Shown: one piece after another, positions 1 to 11,900 of the stretch
Layout of the letters: every line of letters starts with the position of its first letter
Numbering within the stretch: the stretch's first letter is position 1
Origin: Phoronis australis
Taxonomy: Eukaryota; Animalia; Phoronida
Assembly (NCBI GenBank): GCA_002633005.1
Contig: NMRA01000018.1
Coordinates: forward strand, 1,375,531-1,439,530
Direction of reading: 5' to 3'
DNA length: 64,000 nt
Made by a program: the position numbers and the translations under genes
The notes under the pieces: generated by a model
The model's database searches: none
Told to the model about the DNA's origin: nothing
What the model saw: the letters and a program-made list of their open reading frames with translations, nothing else

Positions 1-1081
1 GCGTCCCGTTTTCGGACGGATTCGACGTAGTTTCCGCTGCCTAGTGGCCATTTTTACTGTTTACGAGTCTGTTTTTGGCGTCCACCCCTCTATCAACCAA
101 ATCGCTCTAAGAATGATATTGAAAATTGGCATGACTGTTCTTGCTAGTGTCCATTTTTACTGTTTTTGCGATCACCCCTCTATCAACCAAAAGGCTCGAA
201 GGATGATTGTGAAAATTGGCATGTATGTTTTTAATATGAAGTGGACGGCTGACGATAATTTTCCGATGACTTCCACCACTGTGGCGACTCCTAGTGGCAG
301 TTGTTTTTTTTACGCCCATGGCTGTATCTCCTAAACCGTTTGCAGGATCTTCACTAAGCACGTGTATTTATATCATGTTGACAATGGACGACGACGACTT
401 TCGGACGGATCTGGCTACCGTTGTGCCCCCTTGTGGCAATTTTAGTTTTTGTTACGTTTACCTCTGTATCTTCAAATGTCCTTTACGGATTTTCATAAAA
501 TTTGGAGTACAGGCATCTATTGGTAAGATGACGCTATCCTCCCGTTTTCGGATGAAATCGAGGTATTTTGTGCCACCTAGTGGCCATTTTTGCTGTTTTT
601 GAGTCCACCGTCTATCAACCAATATATTCCAAGGATGATTTTGATATATTGGCGTATATTCTTAGTGTGAAGAGGACGGTTGACGATGACTTCGACTACT
701 ATGGCGGCTCCTAGTGGTAGTTTTGTTTTGTTTTGCGCCCATAGGTGTATCTCCTAAACCCACTGCAGAATCATTATTAAATTTAGTAAAGGTATCTATC
801 TATATGATTTAACAACAACGAATACTTTTAGGCAAACCCAAAGAATGCTGTGCCCCCTAGTGGCAATTTAATTTTTTTTTGCTTTTCTTTTGTTTCTCTG
901 AAGTTCCTTGATAGATTTTTATAAAATTTGGTAGTTTTCTATTAGAGAAGTGATGGCACTTCCCGTTTTCAGATGTATCGGAATTTTTGCGCCGTCTAGT
1001 GGCCATTTTTACGATGCAAATTATCAACCCTAAATGCACCCCATTCGCGTGCATTCGTCAGTGCTCCGCGTTGCTCTTGTT
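1..1081 (+). mobile_element. Helentron/HINE-like non-autonomous element with internal tandem repeats (5' end outside window)
   Basis: ~140-bp subrepeats (AAATT(T)GGCA...CCTAGTGGC); 3' end ccgcgttgctcttgtt shared with the copies at 30877 and 51346. Confidence 0.75.
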
Positions 1082-2341
1082 ACATGTATGTGTTTGTAGA
1101 AAATAATAAATGGCGTTTGTGCATTAAGATAGCAACATCTCAAATTGAAGGACGTACGGTAGAAGTAGTTTTCATTGCACAATGTTCAATAAAAGTGATT
1201 CTAATGTGAACTTCTGCATCTTTTACAACTACTGCAAGTCCTTCCAGTTACTTAAAAAAATCAAAATACACTAAATCAGCAAGTTTCACCTCGAAGCCGT
1301 GTTTGCTAACTGTTCCCTTTTTGAAGGTTTTTTGCAGGTCCAGTCTCACCATTAAAATGTCTCGGTTTTTAACACACATCGAAATTGTGTCATCAAAATT
1401 TATTGTAGTTTTCCACGCGATATAGTGCTAAAAACGCTATCGGAACGTTTCAGGGTTGCAGCATCTGTATTTTCCCGTTCGACTACAAAACAAACGCTTT
1501 TGGGGCATTTTCGGTTGACATTTCACCCTTCAGTTTTGGTATAGATTCAGATGTCCCGCGTAACATCCGGATGCCCCACTTTTTCAATACAAGTGTCGCG
1601 TTTTTTCAGTCTCCTATGTTGGTTAATTGGCTTGCGATTAGTATAAAATGAGACACGGAGAATGCGTATTAGACTTCAGAAAGAGAAATCATGTAAACGG
1701 TCAAAGGTATATACCGTAAGTATGTAAAGGTTAACCTGACTGGACAGTACAATCTCGTAACTGGACTTTGCTGTTTTAGGTGGGTCAGTGCTTGTGACTG
1801 CTAGGTTTGCCCGTCAAAATACCTGACACGCCAATTCTTGAAGGGTTATTCCAATTCGTGATTGAATGTTGGTTCTGTCAGTTCGGGTCGCATGTCTTCA
1901 TGCAGTGCGGTACTTAGCACTTGCATGAAAATGTTTTATGATGTTAGTGAGTGAGCCTTTAATGCGAAATTTTGCTTCCTTACCACTCATGACATGTTGA
2001 CACAAGTTCTCTATCCAGTCTAAGTTTATCTTAATCCTATATATTTCGCTGTTGGCGCGATGTTTCTGTGTCTTTCTCGTGTTTTTCGTTGTATATTACG
2101 CTGTTCGAATTTCCATGCTTTTCCCGAATTTTCTATGATTTTGCCCGAATTTGTAGTCACGAGAGGCCTCCCCCTGCCTAATACGCTTACCACTGCAGTT
2201 GCCCGTTGGCTCTGTTGAACACACATTGAAAGAATTTTTGTTTTTGTGAACAGACCCTCCGTGCACCTGCAGTTACAAAGAGATGAGGATTTGAAGCTGC
2301 CATAAACACACATTCCATCCGCAAATCAGCTTTTGATTTAA

Positions 2342-2549
2342 CAGAGGCGGATGTACGGGGGGTTCAGGGGGCTCAAACAAAAATTGAAAAAAAATCGACA
2401 GAAGAACGAAATCAGCTACTAAAAACCACACAGAATATTACACTGGAGAGGGGAAAACTCCTCCCGACCTTCCTTCCGCTCAGCGCTACGCGCCTTGGAT
2501 TCGCTCGAATCCTAACCCCCCCCTTACTGAAAATGCAGATCTGCCACTG
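2342..2549. mobile_element. hAT-like MITE with 5-bp TSD
   Basis: cagaggcggat...atctgccactg flanked by tttaa / tttaa. Confidence 0.7.
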
Positions 2550-2845
2550 TTTAAGACACTAATTATTATGAAAGTGGCCTCAACATGTTCACTCACTTCA
2601 CAGATTAGAGGTGATGTCTGAATTGGGAAACTCGTGATTCGTACTTTTTGAGACCAGTTTCAGTAAGCTGACTTTTCCGAGCTTGCTCTCCAAAAATGAC
2701 GTCGACATTAGAGACTGCCATGTCTTCCAAAGCCCCAAAATCTCTCTTCTGACGAACAGTTTTAATAGCGGTAAGTAGTCTAAATCATAAGTTGGGTTTC
2801 TTTAACGTAAGGCAGGTTCATAGCAGCTTCAAATCCCGTGTTTAA

Positions 2846-4525
2846 AGGAGCATGCCACCCAAAAAACAACCAAATTTGTATCAATTTAGATCGAGTAGTT
2901 CTACTCCATAACGACACGTACGGTTGCGTTACCTGACACCTGACGGCAGACGGAGGTGTTGAAATTATCCAATGACGTCATCGGTTTCACGCGCAGTCTG
3001 TTCAGCAGTTCACAACACGAGTTACTGGTGTCAGCTTATCGCTTGAAGTCATCGTTTAGCACCAATAAATCATCAAACTTCGATGTAAACCCCTTAAAAA
3101 TACACCGAGTTCTTATAAAAACGTGTTGTTTTATTTCGCTCTTACGGATTTATTGGTATTTGGACACACCGTAGCCTACAAAGTTCGGCAGGCCAATAAG
3201 GTCCGTAGCATGAGTTTGGGGTGTGTTCGGAGATAATTTCGAAGTATTTTCCGTGAGATACAGACAAGAGAAACTAGATCTGTGTTGTTTAGACTTGTGA
3301 TTTTTTGAATTCTAAACACAAAACGCTTGTTATCCTGGCTAGTGGCTCGGAGCCCGATCAGGCCCCAGCGTCGCGGCCGGCCGGATTGAGTCGTTATCCC
3401 GGACAGTGGCTCGGAAACTGATCAGACATCACAAACATAAACCAGCCAAAGTTCAGTGGAAACTAAACTTCCAGTCAAGAAAATACTATACTAGTGAGCT
3501 AAAGTAATGTTCACGTGATTATGTTGGTGAATTAGCTACGCGGAAACTGCCGAGTCTAGTTACTCGTCGGGTGCCGCGAATTCAGGTTCCGCTTTGGCCA
3601 CAGCACCGACAGGGCAGAAGTTGTACATTGACAATCATTATTTGAGTAATGTAAATTTAAATAAAGATTCTCCTAACACCTGGCCGCGGGATGGCAATCG
3701 AGTTGTTTCACAACAGTTTCTGCCAGCAAACACTAAATTAGCATGAGCTCACACGGCCTCGGTGTCTCATCAATTAGTTTTATTGACCTAAAGCCGTTTA
3801 CGCAGTGATTTATCTGGCTTCTCAAATTATTTGTACTCACAAACACTCCAAAGGCATTACAAATTGCATCTAATGAGACAGACTTTGTTTCAGTTTTATA
3901 TAAGTATTGGTTAGGGTGAGAATAATTCATTTTGAAACAGAACGCTCAGTAATAAACACCAACATGGCAATTCGCAATCCCGAATTAGGACGAGCTAGAG
4001 CTCATCAGTCCCGACTTCGCAGGTGGATCGTTAAGTTTTACAGGCTATCAATTCGAACAGGAATACAGTGATGAAGAATTACTTGAGAGGCGCCGTGAAC
4101 AAGCTCAGACAACGGAACGTATGGAGTTATTTGGTAAGCCGGCATTCGTGAGGCACTGTCGACGTCTGCAGGCCACAGACACGGAGATGTTTCACGGCCT
4201 CATACTTGCTATTTACAGCGTACATTTCATTCTTCACTACCATGAGCCACTTCCTAAGCATTTCTGACTCTCGAGGAAGTAAAAAAAAAACGATATACCA
4301 GCTTTCCTGGCAGCTGCTTAGTTCAGACAAGCGGGAACGATGCATCGCAACATAGCGGCATTCACTCTGCATATGAACCACTGACGTCGCTAGCGTCGTT
4401 TCTCACCTTCCTCACAGGTTAACGCGACACCTCGTGGCAAGGTAAGGTCGACTGTATGCGAGGCGATGTGGATATAGACTGATTAAGACGGCAAAAAGAC
4501 TAATTAAATTGGGTGGCATTCTCCT
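2846..4525. mobile_element. Kolobok-type non-autonomous DNA transposon (1.68 kb) with THAP and KolX-like relics
   Basis: TTAA on both flanks; TIR aggagcatgccacccaa / ttgggtggcattctcct with AG termini. Confidence 0.85.
4166..4353 (-). pseudogene. Disrupted THAP zinc-finger (transposase N-terminus)
   Basis: MLRCIVPACLN*AAARKAGISFF, frameshift in a T-run, then LPRESEMLRKWLMVVKNE...KHLRVCGLQ. Confidence 0.75.
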
Positions 4526-5155
4526 TTAACTCCTTTAACTCAGGTGGTCAAGATAGTTAGCTATGTAGAAATCCCGAAATCAAAATGATGGCCATTTTAA
4601 GCACGATAATTCATTTTGTGATAAGCGAGATATGTTCGGGATGTTATGATATGATTTTTTAGATCGATGTGGCAGATACGTGTAATATTTCAACAAACTG
4701 TGCTGCGTCCTGTCCTTCGGCTTAGTGAGAAAGCAGTAAAATGGTACCGTGGTTACATTCCTGTGAGTGATAATCGAACCTTTACCACGCACCGTAGAAC
4801 ACCAACGGAGCGGAATTTTCCAAAAAAATGAACATCACAAGAATGTTCACCCCGCACAAAGAACTCATACCACCCCAGGAACTGAATTTAAGCCACAAAC
4901 AGGCACACTTACCACTCACCACAGGGTTTTTTGCTCTTAAATCGTGTGTTAGAGAGGGATTTTTGTGTTTTGTTGTAGTTGTTTCGGTGCGTGGTCAGGC
5001 TAATAAGCGTTTTGGAGGAAGTTGGAGAGATGTCACTCCCAATTGCTCCGTTCTATGGTGAATAACGTGAGATTTCTGCCACCCGTGGTAACGGTTTGAT
5101 TACCACCCCAGCATGGTTCCTCCGCCGTATCCGCTGCTCAGCGAAATATGGTTGA

Positions 5156-5313
5156 CAGGGGCGGATCCAGGATTTTGAGTTAGGGGGAGCCAGGGCAGAC
5201 TATTAGCCAGGATTTTGCCCGTCAAACATTCGCGCCCCTGAACTGCCAATGGAATCTGGGAGAATTTTAGGGGGGCCATGGTCCCCTTGACCCCCCCTCT
5301 AAATCCGCCACTG
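5156..5313. mobile_element. hAT-like MITE with 5-bp TSD
   Basis: cagggggcggat...atccgccactg flanked by gttga / gctga. Confidence 0.7.
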
Positions 5314-5755
5314 GCTGAGGTTGCTCGGGGAAATTGTCGAAGGTCATTTATCACATACCGTGGTTCACACTTATTTACTGTGTTTCCAGTTGCAGGTAAT
5401 ACGTGGTATTTGTGTTATTTGGCTCCTTTACGATATATAAGGGCGTGCACAGCCTCACTGATGCTCAGGGGAAACTCTCGTCAGTCAGCATGACCAAATT
5501 CTGTTCAAATTAAACTTCTGGCGAGTTGAAATATTTCCTTCTTACAGTTTTTCACTTCGTTGACAAGCTTTAACCCCGCGCTCATATTGTTGTTGCTAAA
5601 ATGTTGCCCGAATGGTCATCATATGAAGATGTCTTTGGTAACGAAAAATGCACGCTCCTGTGCACCTAGATACATACGTTATGTCCATCTTACTGTAGCT
5701 TACCAGCATTCCCTTCATCATTGCGACGTTTGGTGATTATAACTTTCAGCTAACA

Positions 5756-5994
5756 ATGACATTTCTATCTGCGACGGGATCACATGATCCTTTGCAACTC
5801 GCTGCGGCGGCTCTGATTGGTGCGCTGCTCATCTACATCGTCAGCAAAGTTCTAGCCAGCCGACGACTACCGCCGGGACCAATCGGATTGCCAATTATGG
5901 GCTATCTACCATTTTTAAGTGACGACTGGCACTTGGACTTCAAAATCTTGGGAAAGAAATATGGACCGATATTTTCGTTGTATATAGGACAAAC
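5756..5994 (+). CDS. P450 exon 1
   Basis: MTFLS...LPPGPIGLPIMGYLPFL...KKYGPIFSLYIGQ; donor GTAAGT at 5995 (phase 2). Confidence 0.93.
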
Positions 5995-8900
5995 GTAAGT
6001 GTGACATAAAGGTTACGTTGAACAGTTACCTTAGACTGTAAATAAACATTTGTCTGGATTTCCCGCCGTGTGGAATCGCACTGCAACTGTTTGAATATTT
6101 TGCTGCCATGGGTGTAACTCCGGGGGGGGGGGTGTCGGGGATTTGACACAAGGTTTAGTTGTACTGACAAAGAAAAAAAAACTGATCAAAAAGCGCAGGG
6201 GCGCCTTTCAGACTAAGAGTTTTCAAATTTAAAAATTTTGAACAGATCCATGTGTTCTTTTGTTCCATTGTAATAAAGTAGTTTCCCTTCCCGTACTTAT
6301 AAGTTTTCGTATTTTTCCTCACTATTAGCTTTTTCACGTAATTTTCTACGTAAAAATGAAATAGATAGCAAAAGAAGATGAACAAGACGACCATTACCGT
6401 CCGATCTTTTGAATCTTATGCCACAGGCACAGATCCTTCTAACGAATAAGGTTCAGTTCAGCTTGAGAAAAATTGTATTTCCATGGCGGTTATGCAACTT
6501 TAAAATCAAGCAAGTTTAAAATCAATGAATTATAAAAAGGTTACGATTTTCTTTTTGGCGAGCTCAATTAACTTCGCCATAGCGGTAGTAAGTAAGTACA
6601 TCGCTGGTACTATGTATAAACTCATGTAATGATGGCTCAACATAGGCCAGAGAAATTTCACTAAGGAAAAAATTGACATTTTGTCTTGATGCTGGTGGTC
6701 ATGAAAAATAAAATGTCTTACCAAAAAGTAACCGAAAGACGGCATTAATGTCCTGAACCCCGTCATTGTGTAGTAATAAAGCACTGCTTTTGAGATTTGA
6801 TCAGAACCCTTGAACTTCATTAGCTGAGTCAAAGATTAAGTTCCTTGATACGCTAACAGAAATTACCTCTTCATGCTCAAAGATGAACGAGGAGAGAGTA
6901 ACAAACATTTTGTCCCGTCAGCACGCCATCTTTTGGGCACATTACGTGACCTAGCGAACATTTTCATGAAAGACGTCGCTCTAGTCGGTTGGCGACTCGC
7001 AGTGTTGGCTTACGTAGCAAACGCCTAGCGAATAAAAGTCTGAAAAGGTTTCTGCCCCCGACCAGGACTCGAACCCAGGACCTTCTGCTAACCGTGCAGA
7101 TTGACATACTTATATCCACAAAGGAGAGAGTAAATGACTTTTATTCAAAAATTAAGAAAACTCTTGGTTTGTACGATGGTACTGAAACCATGTCCGATAT
7201 TTGGAATGATCACAAAGAATAGTTCGATGAATTGATATTCCATTATTTCATGGCCTGCGTAATGTTACCTTTGTACCAAGGAGTTCGATTAGAAAATTGT
7301 CCAGTTACATGATGATGATGACGTCACTCGAATAAACTTGCATTCCCTAACAATAATCGAGGGAAATTTTAATCGTTGTCCTTAAGAAAAGTCGCGCCGA
7401 TATTAAGATCGCTTACTTTATGTTTAAAGTTTATTTTGCTGATCAAAAATAGAATTAATTGTGTTTGTTGAGGAAATTCAGAATTTTGTGAGCACTCGTA
7501 AATGCTTGTCTTATAGTTTTAATTTCAAGCAATTAAAGGCGAACCAAAATTGTAAAAGCATATCTCGTCTTGGCTTTAGAATAGTTTTGGGCGGCCACAT
7601 CAAAATGTTGGGCAAATTGCGTTTGACATCCCCCCGCTCCCCCAAGTAACACTACTAGTTGCACCCCTGCTTGCTACTTTGTTGGACTTGTGCCAGGTTA
7701 TTTGAACTAGTAGGAACTTCGTACAAGTAATGCCAGCTACAAAAATCAAACTATGACCCAGAAAAGAAATTTATATTACGGTACCTGATTTTTAGGCATT
7801 GACTTGAAATAACTGATTACTTGCATTCACGTATGGTTTCATGTCGGCATTGTTTTTATTGCACAAAACTTCAGCTTGGTAGTAACTAGCGAAATTGCTC
7901 TCTATGCTTGCCGTTCGTAACCGTCGTTTTACTTCCGTAATTTTGCAGACCTGTGATCGTTTTGAACGACTCTGCAGTTGTGAATGAATATGCTGTAAAA
8001 AATCCTACAGCATTCGCCGGGAGACCTCACTCTTACGGTTTTGCAATGATGGGTTGTAATACAGGTATGCATAAATCGAATCACCCATCCCCCATGATGT
8101 CCATCAATAGGCGTTGAAACAAAGACATAATGGTGTTTTTATAACGTCTTTGGTTGAAGTTAGTATTGAAACGAACCCGCATGTGGTAAATGAACACAAA
8201 CACATTTCACACAAAGTTGACCTATCCCCTGGATTTTGAGTGACAGCTTATCTGACCTATCAGAACGCAGCATTTTTGATACACCTTCGTTTCCACGTCG
8301 CCATTTTACCCGACAAACAGCACGTTGTCGGGTAAAACTTATTGTTTGTTTGAGGACTTTTCGCAAGGAGGCAGAGCTTGCGACAGGTCAATTCCTAATT
8401 GACCCTGGGTCAGTTTCATGAAAGTGACTTCAGACAAAACAGAAATTTGTTATTGCGCTCTCACGTCACAACAGCTGAATAAATTACGGGTTAGCCAAGA
8501 AATAATGAGCACATCAGAGTCTAGAAATACTCAATAGAAATAATCTAGTAAGTAGCAGTTATGTTTGTGTTCTCAGCGGCTTTGCACTTTTGCACTAAGT
8601 GAAAATTTTATAACACAAAAGCGACTCTAGACAAGTTTACTAGCTTTGTTCTTTTTAGTGGGGATTTTTAAAATAAAGACCATTTTTTTGTCTCTGCCTT
8701 GCTCTCGTTATACTCACAATTTCTTCCAGAAAATCTTTTCAAGGATACTTACACACCCAAATGGAAAAACCGGAAGAAATTCGCAATGGCGGCGTTACGA
8801 GGACACGGGCTCATGTCTCAGACAATGTTCCACGAGAAGATGGAAGATCAGATCACAGTGTTCGTGGAGACCATCAGGAAACACTTGGGCTCTCCCATCA

Positions 8901-11900
8901 ACTTGAGACTGTTCCTTGGTCATGCGTCACTCAACGTCATCACTAAGTTGTTCTTTGACAGAACCTACGATATTGAAGATGACGAGATAAAAGACGTGAT
9001 AGACGCCACAAATGATTGGCAAGTTATTGATTTTTTCCGGTTGTTCTTAGTCACCTGATATTTACGGTGCCTCTATGCCCTTTACACACATTTCTCACTC
9101 TGGGCATGCCAACGAGGTATTTTTTTCAAAATCTTCATTAGGCAAAATCTGTCCATTACAAGCATGTTACATATATTGACAACAAATTTATATCCTCATA
9201 CCTACACAAATGCGCACTTGGTGTCCATTTGCAATCCAAATAAATTCAAGTGAAGGTTATTTTAAATTTTTCTGAAATAAATGTTTCTTAATTTTAAAGT
9301 GTTCGAAGGCTTCATTTTTTAAAATATCGTTAAAAACTTAGAGTTGTATTTTTTAGCCGTAGACGATATACATATACAATTAAATCTGTCTCGTCTTGTC
9401 CTTCAATAATAACCAAGTTTGATAGTTCTGATGAGCTTCTTGTTTTGTATAACATTCATTGACAAGCTGAAATTCAAAAGAAATTAGATCACAATTCCGC
9501 TGCAGATAACTGATGTCGCCTGGAACTTTTTACCAAATATACAAGTTTACCAATGTTAACTCCATTGTATGAAAATGAGTTCGTATGTGTTGTCCCATGT
9601 GCAACACTAATTTGAAAGTATTTTTGTTTAGTATCCTTACTAAAAGAATGGGTATAATTATGCCGTTCTCCACCAATCAGAAGATACGTAATACCAAGGC
9701 TAGTTTCCTATCTAAAGTCACAATTTGGCTTTGTGTGCACAGTGTTAATTAAGCGAGAATATATTTGTTTTTACTAAGGCAGAAATTAAATGACATTGCC
9801 TGTGGTTCTGTTATAAATTACAAATCTGCTTTGAGACCATAAAGCAGAGTAATGGATATAGACAATACCGGTACTTACCTAACACAAAACACTGATTAGT
9901 CATAAATGATCTTTCATTATTTTACAAATTACAGACATGAGTAGTCCTTTTTACCTCTGGTTATAAAATATTGCTTTCCTGTCTTCTAATATATAATTGT
10001 GATACCAGTTTGGTATACATGAAAAGACATCGTTTCCAAGTACATAATTTGTACTGCATAATGTCTTTTGCTCATAGGTTATATAACGCCTCACCAAACA
10101 GCAAATTACACTTTCTAAAAGAATTGTGCTGCAACAATAGATGTTTCCAAAATTCATCATTGCCATTTATTAATCGTTAAAACCAAGATAATTTAAGCAA
10201 TGATTCAATATGTGCCATTTTAGTCGCCCTGTAAAAATCTGAATCATTTTAGTTATTTAGATGTTATTGGTTTAAATTTACCTTGCCAAATAAATTTGAA
10301 AAACACATGCTTCAGAAAATCGAGTTCTGAGCATCGTGGCAGGGTCACAAAAGGAGAAATATTTGGAAATGTGGGACAATTTAACGATGAAATGTATTTT
10401 CATCAAAGTAAATTGAGATATGGACCAGAGACATCATTATCTGGGCATAAACAGTGTCACTCATTTACTAGCAGCGATCCAAATGCAAATGTATTTCTCC
10501 ATTGTAGGTGTCGGCCCAGAAAGTTGTGAAATTTGTTCTGAAGATCCAAATACTGATTTTGGGACTTGTTCGACCAATCGATACATATTACAGAATCATC
10601 TGCTAGTGCGAATTTGTCATACAATAAAAGAAATAAGCGTCCTTTTAATTTCTGTCATTTCTAAACATATTTGCCGTGATTTTCAGCATAAAATAAACAT
10701 ACAAGACAGGGGATCCCCCTGCCAATATCCAACTGCTCCAAATACTCAGATGTGAAATCTTCTTTTATGACACATCAGTGTCGTTCCCATGTGAACATTG
10801 GTGGAAATAATCAGTGTTTTTTCAGGCATTTTTGTGAAAGTAGATAGTCAATACTGAAGTTCTCTGGTAAATGTTGCAATAAAATGGCATTGTTGTTTTA
10901 ATTCACTTCGCATTGCACTATAGGCGTATGTCTGTGTCCAGAAAGCAACTTTTAACAGCGTCTTTCAGACGGCTTTTGGCAAAGTATAGTCACTGCTTAG
11001 TCACACATCTATTTGGCAGGGATACCAGTTGGCTGGAACTACTTTCCGGCAATGACCTCTGTGAGCAGATTGTTTTCAGAGTCATCATAATTTGTTGCTC
11101 TGTTCTTTGGATTTCAGGTTCACCGCCATGGTTATTGTGTGCCAGTCAGATGTTGTCCCCTTCTTCAGATTTCTACAGAAGAAAGCTGTGGTCAACAAAG
11201 GGAAAACGGGAGCTGCCAGGTTGCGGGAGTACTTCATTGGTGTCATTAAGGATCACCGTCAAGAATTTGACAAAAACAACCCTCGTGACTTCGTCGACCT
11301 TTGCATTCAAAAGAGTTTTGACGACGAAGAGATTCTTCTCCAGCTATTCTCACTTTGGGGTGATGCTACTGACACCACGGGTGCCACAATTCGCTGGTGG
11401 CTGTTTTTCATCAGTCGCCACCCTGAGATACAGAAGAAACTGCAGGCTGAAGTCGATGAATTCATTGGACGAGAGCGGCTCCCTAAGATTGTCGACAAGT
11501 ACAACCTGAATTACTTAGAAGCCACGCTTATGGAGGCCTTCAGAATCGCGTCAGCAGTTCCGATTTCACTGCCTTTGGAGACGATTGAGCCAACGACATT
11601 GATGGGATACGCGTTCCCGAAGAACACGCATTACATCATCAACTATTATAATATGCACACTGATCCCAGTGTTTGGGGAGACCCGGAAAGTTTCCGACCT
11701 GAGCGTTTCTATGACGAAAATGGAGATTTCCAGTCGAAACACGAAGCACTCATGCCATTTGGCGTAGGTAAGGCATAGTTTGTCATTTTTTCATGGAAGA
11801 TGGCAAGCGTGTAGTTTTGAGATAAGAGGTGTAGTCAAAAGTTTTATGTCACAAGCATCAAATCATGACTGACTGTCTTAAATCAATATTTATGAACTAA

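Noticed and set aside
44-1054. Short ORFs in the HINE-like repeat (also 31093-31773, 33573-33785, 50444-51199)
   Set aside because: Translations recur only because the DNA repeat recurs; frames and strands are inconsistent between copies and many start at non-ATG codons.
2696-2776. Possible upstream P450 exon ending at GCG|GTAAGT
   Set aside because: Only a donor motif, and the short ORF stops before it; no supporting evidence.
7052-7108. Functional tRNA gene (also 29664-29735, 46285-46335, 53904-53968)
   Set aside because: Acceptor stem and D-arm cannot be formed; treated as SINE heads or relics.
10913-11509. 198-aa alternative-frame ORF over P450 exon 4, and antisense ORFs over the P450, TPST and PPR-like genes
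   Set aside because: Shadow ORFs of real coding exons with no recognisable motifs.
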